Part shown: positions 17,988 to 26,652 of the stretch, piece after piece
Layout: every line of letters starts with the position of its first letter
Position numbering within the stretch: the stretch's first letter is position 1
Assembly: GCA_030603395.1 (NCBI GenBank)
Contig: JAUVXX010000001.1
Span: 29,822 to 93,821 of the forward strand
Source: a bacterium
GTDB taxonomy: Bacteria > Patescibacteriota > Minisyncoccia > Minisyncoccales > CG1-02-41-26
Direction of reading: 5' to 3'
DNA length: 64,000 nt
Program-made: the position numbers and the translations under genes
Notes under the pieces: model-generated
What the model was told of the DNA's origin: nothing
The model's database searches: none
What the model saw: the letters and a program-made list of their open reading frames with translations, nothing else

Positions 17988-19393
17988 TTTTTAAATATTT
18001 TTAATGCTTCAGGAGTTTCAAATTTTCGGAATAAATAATCTAAGATGCTTTTGTTTACCTGACAGCGAAAGTTATTGGGAGCTTGAGCAAAGATGTTGCC
18101 TTCTTCAGAATAGTTAAACACCGGACAAACTCCGCAATAAGGCAGGTAAACACAATCACTGCATCCGGTAAGCCCTTCCAACGTAGAGGCAAGGCAAAGA
18201 GATTTAGTAACCTCAGAAGAAATAATTTCTTTATAGGTATTTTTATGAACGTTGCCCAGTTTAAAAGTTCCATCTCCCATCTGTCCCAGCATTCTCCCCT
18301 CATCACAAGTATAAACATCTCCGTTGTAGTGGTAAGCTAGCTGACCAATACCAGCCCCACAGGGTGAACGAAGGTCCAAAAAATTAGGGTCATTATCAGT
18401 GAATGCTTTCTGAGCGATCATTTTAGCTATTCTCTCTCTGATGTCTATTCCCCGAAGATTCAATTCTATTATATAATCTAATGCCTTTTTATAAAAAGTA
18501 ACAAAGTCCTGGGCGCTGTAGCCAAGCAGTTTTTGAAGCCCCTTTGCCATACCGAAAGGGTTAAGCGGTCTTAAGTGAATATCCCTCAAGCCCAGCTTTA
18601 CGTACTCATCAACGATTTCTTTCCATAAGGGAAGCGAATCTCCCGTAGTGGTAATAAGAGCGTTTACTTGATAATGCAGGTCTTTGTATTTTTTCTTTGT
18701 TTTTTTAATTCCCTGACAAGTAGCGCGATAACTGCTTTTTCCATCAAGTTTCGGCCTGTTTTTGTTGTGAAGTTTCTCCGGCCCATCCAGAGAGCTGCAA
18801 ATAGAAATCTTTTTGCCGTGAAGCCAATTCAATTTTTTATCATCTAAAAGACTTAGGGTGGAAACAAGACTGAACCTTAACTCTTTCTTTGCTTTTTTAT
18901 TTTTCTCAAGCACCCGATTGACAATGAATTTAACTATGCCAAAGTTGGCCAATGGTTCCCCTCCCTGAAATTCAACGTTAATAAAGGGGGAGGTGGTTTC
19001 AAAAATCATATCCACTACTTTCTTAGCTGTTGGCTCTTGCATGTCCAAATCAGTTCTGGTCATATTTTTAGACGAAGCATGGCAGTATCTGCAGGCATGG
19101 TCGCAGCGAAGAGTAACCACAATAATATGAAGACCGGGTCCCTGACTTAGATATTTGCCGCGATAGCTGGCGTATCTGTTAGTTAATCTTGCTTGACAGT
19201 TTTCACAGCGCCACGATTTAGAAGTAAAGTGCTTTTTGTCTAATTCTTTGTAAACAGAGGCCTCTTCTTTAAGTTTCCCTTCTTTAAAATTTTTAAAGTC
19301 CTTTTTTTGGAGAAAAATAAAATCGCCAAGATCATTGGTCAGGAGATATTTTTGTCCTAATTTTTTAAAACGGAAAAAACCTGTCTTAATCAT
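17972..19393 (-). CDS. Radical SAM/SPASM enzyme with an N-terminal extension of about 100 aa, paralog of 6977..8458
   Basis: It has CDHACRYCHASS and QGGEP motifs, and a C-terminal CGAGIGQLAYHYNGDVYTCDEG...CSDCVYLPYCGVCP. Confidence 0.8.
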   Translation of the reverse strand: MIKTGFFRFKKLGQKYLLTNDLGDFIFLQKKDFKNFKEGKLKEEASVYKELDKKHFTSKSWRCENCQARLTNRYASYRGKYLSQGPGLHIIVVTLRCDHACRYCHASSKNMTRTDLDMQEPTAKKVVDMIFETTSPFINVEFQGGEPLANFGIVKFIVNRVLEKNKKAKKELRFSLVSTLSLLDDKKLNWLHGKKISICSSLDGPEKLHNKNRPKLDGKSSYRATCQGIKKTKKKYKDLHYQVNALITTTGDSLPLWKEIVDEYVKLGLRDIHLRPLNPFGMAKGLQKLLGYSAQDFVTFYKKALDYIIELNLRGIDIRERIAKMIAQKAFTDNDPNFLDLRSPCGAGIGQLAYHYNGDVYTCDEGRMLGQMGDGTFKLGNVHKNTYKEIISSEVTKSLCLASTLEGLTGCSDCVYLPYCGVCPVFNYSEEGNIFAQAPNNFRCQVNKSILDYLFRKFETPEALKIFKKWLSK

Positions 19394-19590
19394 TGTTTCA
19401 TCATAGCTAAAACATAATTACAAAATTCATCTTCAATTTTTCTCTTGGCGGTCGGTACTATATTCTCTAACTTTACGGTGATTACTTTTTTATTCTGACT
19501 TATTTTAAAATCTGCCAGCCCTTGATAGGCCTGGCTGGCTTTTTCGACAGTTTTAAGGTTATAGAAATTTTTGTTAAACCTTATCGTCAT
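19390..19590 (-). CDS. Small protein (66 aa) translationally coupled to the downstream rSAM/SPASM gene
   Basis: It overlaps the downstream gene by 4 nt (ATGA). It could be an accessory or chaperone-like (HxsD-like?) component, but this assignment is speculative. Confidence 0.35.
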   Translation of the reverse strand: MTIRFNKNFYNLKTVEKASQAYQGLADFKISQNKKVITVKLENIVPTAKRKIEDEFCNYVLAMMKQ

Positions 19591-19596
19591 AACCTT

Positions 19597-20028
19597 TTAT
19601 TTCTTTTCCCCATACTTTTCCTCCCAGGGCACGGCAATGCCCAGAGGATCACTCTCAATATGTTCTTCTTCTGATGTTTCTTCCGAGGGAAAAGCCGAGA
19701 ACAATGCTTTTTCCACAATGGTTTCTCTTATCTTCTTGGTGTTTTTAGCGATGGCCGTTCTTAAAACATAATCTAAAAGTTCATTTTTAAACTCTCCGGC
19801 GAGCTCTTCCAATTTTTTAGAGTCAAGCTTTCGCTTTCCTTCTATAAAAACTTTAATTTCTTTCTTGGGGTCGCCATCTAAAAACAAATATGCTCGGTCA
19901 ACAAAAACATAACAAGCTCCATAGATGGCTTCCAATGGATAAATTTTGGGGTTAAGTGAAATCACCAGCTGGCCATTTTGTTTTTGAGTTTTTATGGTCT
20001 TGATATTCCTTCTATTTTTTGAAGACAT
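19597..20028 (-). CDS. Hypothetical protein (143 aa)
   Basis: It is a compact ORF inside the operon with no recognisable motif. Confidence 0.4.
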   Translation of the reverse strand: MSSKNRRNIKTIKTQKQNGQLVISLNPKIYPLEAIYGACYVFVDRAYLFLDGDPKKEIKVFIEGKRKLDSKKLEELAGEFKNELLDYVLRTAIAKNTKKIRETIVEKALFSAFPSEETSEEEHIESDPLGIAVPWEEKYGEKK

Positions 20029-20034
20029 AAGCGT

Positions 20035-20409
20035 TTATTCTCCTGGAAGATTCATAAACTTGCTTATCTTGATAGCGGTAAACTGGTCAAGTTCATTTAC
20101 TTTTTCGTAGGTTGATTCTTCGGTACCGATTACCACCGGGTCTCCTTTTTTAAGTTGCGAAAACTTCAGGGGAGATTCTTTTTTAGTAGTCATATCATAG
20201 AGAACAATCTCTGTCTTTGAAGTAAGCTTAATGGTTTTTTTCAGAGAAGAAGCTTTGGCCGTACTAATTTTTGAGGTATCAGCATCCAAGATGAAACTGG
20301 TTGGACCTGAATAGTCAATTTCTGATATTTGTCCCTCTATAAGATTATGGGGATACTCTTCAGTAGAAGAGGAATTCTTTGATTGTGGCCGCTTTTTTTC
20401 TTTTGCCAT
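20035..20409 (-). CDS. Small protein, paralog of 12327..12791; first gene of the cluster after clpP
   Basis: It shares motifs with 12327..12791. It begins 18 nt after the clpP stop on the same strand. Confidence 0.5.
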   Translation of the reverse strand: MAKEKKRPQSKNSSSTEEYPHNLIEGQISEIDYSGPTSFILDADTSKISTAKASSLKKTIKLTSKTEIVLYDMTTKKESPLKFSQLKKGDPVVIGTEESTYEKVNELDQFTAIKISKFMNLPGE

Positions 20410-20427
20410 ATTCTTTGTTATTAACCT

Positions 20428-21012
20428 TTATTTTTTCCCTTTGATGACTTCGTCAATGATACCGTACTTTTTTGCCTCTTCGGCCGACAAGTAAAAGTCC
20501 CGGTCGGTGTCTTTTCCTACTTTATTTAAGGGTTGGCCGGTATGTTTGGCTAAAATCTGATTAAGCTTTTGCTTAATCTTCAAAATCTGTCTTGCCCCAA
20601 TTTCAATCTCGGTTGCCTGTCCGGTAATTCCTCCAGCAACCTGGTGTAAAAGAATTTCTGAATTGGGCAGGGCAAATCTCTTGCCTTTGGCTCCCGCTGC
20701 CAGCAAGGTTGCTCCCATGGAACCAGCCAAACCCACACAGATAGTTGAAACATCACAATCTATATATTGGATGGTGTCGTAGATTGCCAAGCCGGCTGTC
20801 ACCGAACCTCCGGGAGTGTTGATATAGAGTTTAATATCTCGATGAGAGTCCTTGGAAGCCAAAAGTAAAATTTCAGCTATGACTAAATTTGCCAAAGGGT
20901 CACTAATTGGTCCTGACAAAAAAATTATTCTTTCTTCCAGCAATTTTGAGAAAATATCGTAAAACCGCTCTCCCCTTTGTGTTTTTTCAATAATGGTTGG
21001 AATAATAGGCAT
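20428..21012 (-). CDS. clpP: ATP-dependent Clp protease proteolytic subunit
   Basis: The sequence [54 protein letters not shown]...VGLAGSMGA is a canonical ClpP core with the Ser/His catalytic region. The track ORF starts at a TTG at 21048. The more likely start is the ATG at 21012 (MPIIPTI), which lies 8 nt after the tig stop. Confidence 0.9.
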   Translation of the reverse strand: MPIIPTIIEKTQRGERFYDIFSKLLEERIIFLSGPISDPLANLVIAEILLLASKDSHRDIKLYINTPGGSVTAGLAIYDTIQYIDCDVSTICVGLAGSMGATLLAAGAKGKRFALPNSEILLHQVAGGITGQATEIEIGARQILKIKQKLNQILAKHTGQPLNKVGKDTDRDFYLSAEEAKKYGIIDEVIKGKK

Positions 21013-21019
21013 AGATTGG

Positions 21020-22294
21020 TCATTTCGAGAAGTTTTCGAGTCTCTCAAAAATCTTCTCGTTATATAGTATACCTCTATAATACTCTTTGAGACGGTCTAT
21101 GTCAATTTCCTTTTTGGCTTGGTTAATTCCTGGATAATTTTTTAAAAATCCATTGGCAGCAGTCTTTATTTCTTCTTCAGAAACCACAATTTTTTCTTTT
21201 TTGCCGAGCTCTCTTAAAATCAAGAGGTTTTTAACTTTTTTCTGGGCTTCTTCTGAAAAAGAATCTCTCAGTTCTTTCTCTGTTTTTTGAATTTTCTTCA
21301 GATAATCCTCAAAGCTCATTTTAAGCTCTTGAACCGCTTCCTTTTTGAGGTTGTCCAGTATCCTGTCTTTTTCCAAATCAATTAAAACCTGGGGAATTTC
21401 AAATTTCAGGGCCCCTGATATTTTTTCTAAAATTTCCGTTCTCCGTCTCTGGGTCTCTTTGGTTGTTTTTTCTTTCCTGATACCCTTTCTGATACCTTGC
21501 TTGAGTTCTTCTAAGTTTTTAAACTCCCCTAAATTTTGAGCGAAATCATCATTTAATTCGGGAAGCTCCATTTGTTGGACTTTTTTAACTTTAACTCTAA
21601 AATTAACTTTCCTGTCAGCCAATCCTTTTTTAAAATAATCTTTTGGGAAATGAACAATAAACTCTTTCTTTTGACCAGCCCCCATCCCTTCCAGATTACT
21701 CTCAAACCCTGGCACAAATTGTCCTTTAGCCAGCAAAAACCCGTCTTGAAAAACTTTATCATTTTCAATCTGGGGGCTCTTGTACTCAATCTCCATAAAA
21801 TCCCCTTGTTGAGCCGCTCTGTCCAAATCCTTAAAACTGGCTCTTGACCTTGCCAGAAATTTCAAAGCATCCTCCACCTCTTTGGCTTCAATTGAAACTT
21901 CTTTTTTCTCCACTTCAGAGGCAATCTTTTGGCAATCGGGCAATGGTATCTCAGGTAAAACATTGACCCTAATTCTGAAAGAAAAAGGATTGTCTCTGGC
22001 TAATTTTAAAATTTCAACTTGAGGCGTATCAATAACTTCAAGTTTTTTTTCAAAGACTAATCTGGGATATTTGTTTTTGACGACAAGTTCGGCAGCTTCC
22101 GCTAAAATTCTCTCCTTACCAATCTCTCTCTCAATCATTTCTCTGGGAACTTTACCCTGCCGAAAACCCTTAAATTTTAAATTCTTACCCAAGTCCTGAG
22201 CGGCCCTGTCTAAATAAGGAAAAAATTCCTGCCAGGGAACTTCAAACAAAATCTCAACTTTTGAGTTGGGTAATTTTTTAATCGAGGCTTTCAT
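21020..22294 (-). CDS. tig: Trigger factor
   Basis: It carries the N-terminal ribosome-binding signature [10 protein letters not shown]. Its length of about 420 aa and its position upstream of clpP also fit trigger factor. Confidence 0.9.
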   Translation of the reverse strand: MKASIKKLPNSKVEILFEVPWQEFFPYLDRAAQDLGKNLKFKGFRQGKVPREMIEREIGKERILAEAAELVVKNKYPRLVFEKKLEVIDTPQVEILKLARDNPFSFRIRVNVLPEIPLPDCQKIASEVEKKEVSIEAKEVEDALKFLARSRASFKDLDRAAQQGDFMEIEYKSPQIENDKVFQDGFLLAKGQFVPGFESNLEGMGAGQKKEFIVHFPKDYFKKGLADRKVNFRVKVKKVQQMELPELNDDFAQNLGEFKNLEELKQGIRKGIRKEKTTKETQRRRTEILEKISGALKFEIPQVLIDLEKDRILDNLKKEAVQELKMSFEDYLKKIQKTEKELRDSFSEEAQKKVKNLLILRELGKKEKIVVSEEEIKTAANGFLKNYPGINQAKKEIDIDRLKEYYRGILYNEKIFERLENFSK

Positions 22295-22354
22295 AACGAC
22301 TACGAAATACGAAAGAGTACGAATATACGAATATCCTATAAGGGCGAGCTAATC

Positions 22355-22399
22355 AACATTTTTTCAGCATGGGCGTGGGGGGGGCGCTGAAAAAATGTT
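22355..22399 (-). terminator. Stem-loop between hppA and tig
   Basis: It is a perfect 14-bp inverted repeat, aacattttttcagc...gctgaaaaaatgtt, with a G-rich loop. Confidence 0.45.
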
Positions 22400-22425
22400 A
22401 GGTTAGCGAGCGCCTAGGTCAAAGT

Positions 22426-24414
22426 TTAGCTAAATAATAAGAAGAGGGGAATGAAGATTAGAGAAACTACTCCTACCACCTTGATTAAAATGTTCAGAGA
22501 AGGACCGGCGGTGTCTTTGAAAGGATCCCCAACCGTATCTCCTATCACACTTGCCTTATGGGCTCCTGAACCCTTGCCTCCCAAATTGCCAGCCTCAATG
22601 TATTTTTTGGCATTGTCCCAAGCTCCACCAGCATTAGCCATCATCACAGCTAAGAGAAACCCGGTAATCAAAGTTCCCACCAAGAGCCCGGCTAAAGATT
22701 CAAGCCCTAAAAATATTCCCACCAAAATTGGAACCAAAATTGCTACCATTCCCGGCAGAATCATTGATTTTAAAGCTCTTTGAGTAGTGATATCTACACA
22801 TCTGGCATAATCGGGCTTGGCTTTTCCTTCCATCAAACCGGGGATTTCTCTGAATTGACGCCGCACCTCCTCAACCACGATAAAGGCACCCCGACTGACG
22901 GCTCGTATAGCCAGGCTTGAAAAAAGAAAAGGCAGGGCAGCTCCGATAAACAACCCTCCTATGACTTCCGGGGTGATAAGGAAAAGGGTTTCCAAGTTGG
23001 CAGCCTTGGCAAAAACAGCCAACCAGGCCAAGGCAGCGAGAGCCGCCGACCCAATAGCAAAACCCTTCCCGGTGGCGGCTGTAGTATTGCCAACCGAATC
23101 CAAAGCATCGGTCCTTTTCCTGACTATCTCTGGAAGCGAGGCCATCTCAGCGATACCGGCCGCATTATCAACCACCGGCCCGTAGCAATCGGCCGACAAA
23201 TTAATTCCCAGAACCGACAAAATACCCACCGAAGAAACAGCAATACCAAAGAGCCCGGCAAACTTGTAAACCAAAATCATACCTATGCCTACCCCGATAG
23301 CCGGTATAACCACGCTGACCAAGCCCTGAGAAAAACCTTCCAAAATGTTTAAGGAAGGTCCGCTTTGCGAAGATTTGGCAATGCTCATAACCGGCGAGTA
23401 CTTATCTGAAGTATAATACTGGATGGAGAAACTGAGCAAAATACCAATGGCCAAGCCAACGACCACCGCCCAAAAGACCCCCAAATCTCCCAAGATATAT
23501 TGAGCGATAAAATAGGCAGCTATGACCATCAAGCCATTGGCAAAAATCATTCCTTTTTGCATGGCTTGACGAATTTTTTCGGTCTGCTGTTGAAAGTTAA
23601 GTTCGGTTTCCTCCTTTTTTATTTTAACCAAAAAACTTCCCGCCATTGAAGCCAAGATTCCGGCTGAAGCCAAAAGAATGGGGAAGATAAATCCTCGCAC
23701 CCCATAAAGAGGCACTCCCAGCACGGTGGTGGCGGCAATGGCTGAAACATAAGATTCGAAAAGGTCTGAACCCATGCCGGCTATGTCCCCCACGTTATCT
23801 CCTACCGCATCGGCAATGACGGCTGGGTTTCGGGGATCATCCTCTGGTATCCCTTTCTCTATCTTGCCGACCAAATCAGCGCCAATATCGGCTGATTTAG
23901 TGTACATTCCCCCACCAACCCTCAAAAAAAGAGCAATCAAAGAACAACCAAAAGCGAAACTTATCAAAACCCCTGGCGTTTTAAATAAAAGCCAAACCAG
24001 GATTATTCCTAAAAGTCCCAGGGAGGTCACAAACATTCCGGTGATGGTCCCTCCGCGAAAAGCTATTCGAAAAGCCCCTGAAAGAGATTTGAGGGCAGCA
24101 TTGGTAACCCTGCCATTACTTTTGGTGGCGACCAGCATTCCCAGAAATCCGGCCGTAGCTGAAAGTCCAGCCCCCATTAAGAAGGTCATGGCTTGCCTAA
24201 AATCAATTGCTATTCCCAAAACCAAAGCAATAAAAATTAGAATCAAGAATAAAATCTTGAATTCTCTCCTGAGAAAAGTCATGGCTCCTTCTCGGATAGC
24301 CAGGGAAATCTCAGCTATTTTTTCGGAGCCCTCGGGGTTTTTTTTAATTCCTAAAAATAAAAAAAGTCCGAAAACAAAAGCAAAAATAGAAATAATAAGT
24401 GGTAAAAATAACAT
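22426..24414 (-). CDS. hppA: Membrane-bound proton- or sodium-translocating pyrophosphatase
   Basis: It has [20 protein letters not shown] and [21 protein letters not shown], which are signature motifs of the H+-PPase family. The protein has many TM helices. Confidence 0.9.
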   Translation of the reverse strand: MLFLPLIISIFAFVFGLFLFLGIKKNPEGSEKIAEISLAIREGAMTFLRREFKILFLILIFIALVLGIAIDFRQAMTFLMGAGLSATAGFLGMLVATKSNGRVTNAALKSLSGAFRIAFRGGTITGMFVTSLGLLGIILVWLLFKTPGVLISFAFGCSLIALFLRVGGGMYTKSADIGADLVGKIEKGIPEDDPRNPAVIADAVGDNVGDIAGMGSDLFESYVSAIAATTVLGVPLYGVRGFIFPILLASAGILASMAGSFLVKIKKEETELNFQQQTEKIRQAMQKGMIFANGLMVIAAYFIAQYILGDLGVFWAVVVGLAIGILLSFSIQYYTSDKYSPVMSIAKSSQSGPSLNILEGFSQGLVSVVIPAIGVGIGMILVYKFAGLFGIAVSSVGILSVLGINLSADCYGPVVDNAAGIAEMASLPEIVRKRTDALDSVGNTTAATGKGFAIGSAALAALAWLAVFAKAANLETLFLITPEVIGGLFIGAALPFLFSSLAIRAVSRGAFIVVEEVRRQFREIPGLMEGKAKPDYARCVDITTQRALKSMILPGMVAILVPILVGIFLGLESLAGLLVGTLITGFLLAVMMANAGGAWDNAKKYIEAGNLGGKGSGAHKASVIGDTVGDPFKDTAGPSLNILIKVVGVVSLIFIPLFLLFS

Positions 24415-24420
24415 ATTATG

Positions 24421-24777
24421 TTACTCCTGACATTTCTTGCAAAATGCCGCTTGAGGATAAGCCCTTAACCTTGCCTGAGAAATTGGTTTTTTACATTTCT
24501 CGCAGATGCCGTACTGTCCCTTCTTTATTTTCTCTAAACTATCATTTATTTTTTTCAATTCAAGCTCCAAAGTGTAGCCAACCGAAAGGATATTTCCATA
24601 TTCTTCAACTTCATCTGCTTCTTCTTCTATGCCTCCCCCGTCAAATTTAGGATAAGGAGTAATCCAATCTCCCTTAACTTTTTTACTCCTTTTACCCAGA
24701 GAGTCAAGCCGCCTCTCTAATTTCTCTTTCGCCTCCCTTAGCTTCTCTCTCAACTTTTCTTTTAATTTTTTATCCAT
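24421..24777 (-). CDS. DksA/TraR-family C4 zinc-finger protein
   Basis: It has a coiled-coil N-terminus and a C-terminal CEKC...x17...CKKC four-Cys zinc finger. Confidence 0.65.
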   Translation of the reverse strand: MDKKLKEKLREKLREAKEKLERRLDSLGKRSKKVKGDWITPYPKFDGGGIEEEADEVEEYGNILSVGYTLELELKKINDSLEKIKKGQYGICEKCKKPISQARLRAYPQAAFCKKCQE

Positions 24778-24780
24778 ATA

Positions 24781-26652
24781 TTAGAGATACCGGTGTAAAA
24801 GCAAGTACAAAGCCACCCCCACTCCAATTACCAAAAGGAAAATCAGGACTCTCATTAAAAGCTTCTCTGAAGAGGAAGGTTCTCTGACGATGGGCCTGAA
24901 GACAATCTCTCTTTTCGTTCCCTTCGCCTTTAAGGAAGGCTTTGACCTTTTTCCTTTCTTTTCCTCTCCTCCGGAAACCCTGGCCAAAAACCTTTCCCTC
25001 TCTTCTTCTTCCCCTGAAGAAATTTTAGTCAATTTCTTTAAGATTTCCTCCTTGGAGACAGGTCCTTTAACCTCAACCTCCTTCTTTCCCTCTTCTTTGG
25101 CTCTCTCTCGAACTTCCCTCAGTTTCTTTTCCTCCTCCAAAACCCTTCTTCTTGCTTCTTCAAACTGCTTCTCTTCTTCCTTTTTTTCTTCCTCTTCCAT
25201 TCTTCTTTTTTCTTCCTCCGCCTCTCTCTCTGCCTTCTCCCTTTCTTCTTTTTCTTCAACCTCCCCTAGCTTCTTCTCCGGCTCTCTTTCTCCGAGCACT
25301 TTTTCTTCGGGAACTCTTTTCTCAGGAGCTTCTTTCTCTTCCTCTTGAGCAATTATTTTTTCTCCCTCCTCAATACCAAATTCAAGCAAGGTATCAATTT
25401 CTTCCTTTCTTTGGGAGAGAACGCCTTGTTTTTGAGAAAGGTTTTCTATATTAAGGTCAATTTCTCCGATTTTCTCGTCAACTCTCTTGATTTCTCTTTC
25501 TAATCCCCATCTCTGTTTCTCAATTTCTTTTCTCTCATCTCCGATTTTCCACTTGAGCTTACCAAACTTTCTTCTTTCAGAGAACGTTTCAGCGGCTTTT
25601 TCTTGCTCCGAAATCCTCTTTTTCTCTTCTTCAATCTCTCTCTCTCTTTCTCGAACTTGGCCGAGCTCGCTCTCAATCTCTTTCCTTTTCACCTCAATTT
25701 CCGTTCTCACCCCCAGTAATTCTTTTTTGGCTCCCTCAAGTTGTTCCATCTCTTTGGCTATCCTTTCCCTTTCTTCCCGGAGTCCTATCTCTTTGAGAAC
25801 CTTTGAAATTTCTTCTTGCTTGTCTTGCAAATCTTTTTCTTGGCTAGAAACTTTCCCTAAAGAGTCCTCAATGTTCTTCAATTTCCCTCTCAGACCACCA
25901 ACTTTCCTCTCTTCTTCCCATCTTGCCTGTTCCATCCCTTTCTCTTGTTTCTCAAGAATCCATCGCTTACTTTCTATCCGGTGAATCTTCTCTGGGGTTT
26001 CAGCAGCTCCTTCTTTCTCTTCAATTAACTGGAGCTTTTTTTCAAGCTGTCTTTCTCTTGCTAAAATCTTCTCCAATGATAATTTCTGCTGATTTAATCT
26101 CTTCCGGAGATTATCTCTTACTCCTTCCAAGGGTCTTCTCTTTTCAGGGAAAGTTCCAAGAAGTTTGCTAATCTCAGATTTTTGAACGAGCAATTCGTTC
26201 TTTTTCTTTTCCCTTTCTTTCTTTTCCTCAATTCTCCCCTTTCTTTCCTCCTCTAATTTCTCTTTTGCCTCCTGAGCCCTTCTTCTGACTTCCTCAATTG
26301 CTTCTTTCTCTCCCATTAAGACCCTTTCTTTCTCAACCTCTCCCCGCCTTCTTTCCTCCTCAGCCTTGGCTCTTCCTCTTATTTCTTCGGCTGCAGCCCC
26401 CTCTCTTCTTTTTTGCTCCTCTTTCCTTTTTTCTCCCTCAAGTCTTTCTCTCTTTCTTTCTTCGATCTCCTTAACTATTTTCTCCTCTATTTTCTCCCCT
26501 ATTTTCTCCCTGACAACTTTTTTCTCGGGAATTTTCTTTTTCTTCAATCTCTGGATATCTTCTTCCATGGTTAAAAACATTCCCTTCTCCAGAATCTGAG
26601 AAGTCTTTTTTTGGCGGAGCAAATCTACTTTTTTATCTGGTTCTTGAGCCAT
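24781..26652 (-). CDS. Highly charged E/K/R-rich coiled-coil protein with a C-terminal TM anchor
   Basis: It is 623 aa of low-complexity charged sequence and ends in the hydrophobic segment LLMRVLIFLLVIGVGVALYLLL. The plus-strand ORFs inside it are composition artefacts. Confidence 0.5.
   Translation of the reverse strand: MAQEPDKKVDLLRQKKTSQILEKGMFLTMEEDIQRLKKKKIPEKKVVREKIGEKIEEKIVKEIEERKRERLEGEKRKEEQKRREGAAAEEIRGRAKAEEERRRGEVEKERVLMGEKEAIEEVRRRAQEAKEKLEEERKGRIEEKKEREKKKNELLVQKSEISKLLGTFPEKRRPLEGVRDNLRKRLNQQKLSLEKILARERQLEKKLQLIEEKEGAAETPEKIHRIESKRWILEKQEKGMEQARWEEERKVGGLRGKLKNIEDSLGKVSSQEKDLQDKQEEISKVLKEIGLREERERIAKEMEQLEGAKKELLGVRTEIEVKRKEIESELGQVREREREIEEEKKRISEQEKAAETFSERRKFGKLKWKIGDERKEIEKQRWGLEREIKRVDEKIGEIDLNIENLSQKQGVLSQRKEEIDTLLEFGIEEGEKIIAQEEEKEAPEKRVPEEKVLGEREPEKKLGEVEEKEEREKAEREAEEEKRRMEEEEKKEEEKQFEEARRRVLEEEKKLREVRERAKEEGKKEVEVKGPVSKEEILKKLTKISSGEEEERERFLARVSGGEEKKGKRSKPSLKAKGTKREIVFRPIVREPSSSEKLLMRVLIFLLVIGVGVALYLLLHRYL

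Noticed and set aside
24890-26599. Several plus-strand ORFs (152, 100, 165, 82 and 77 aa) inside 24781..26652
   Set aside because: They are Ser-, Leu- and Phe-rich antisense shadows of the E/K-rich gene, which is purine-rich on its sense strand.
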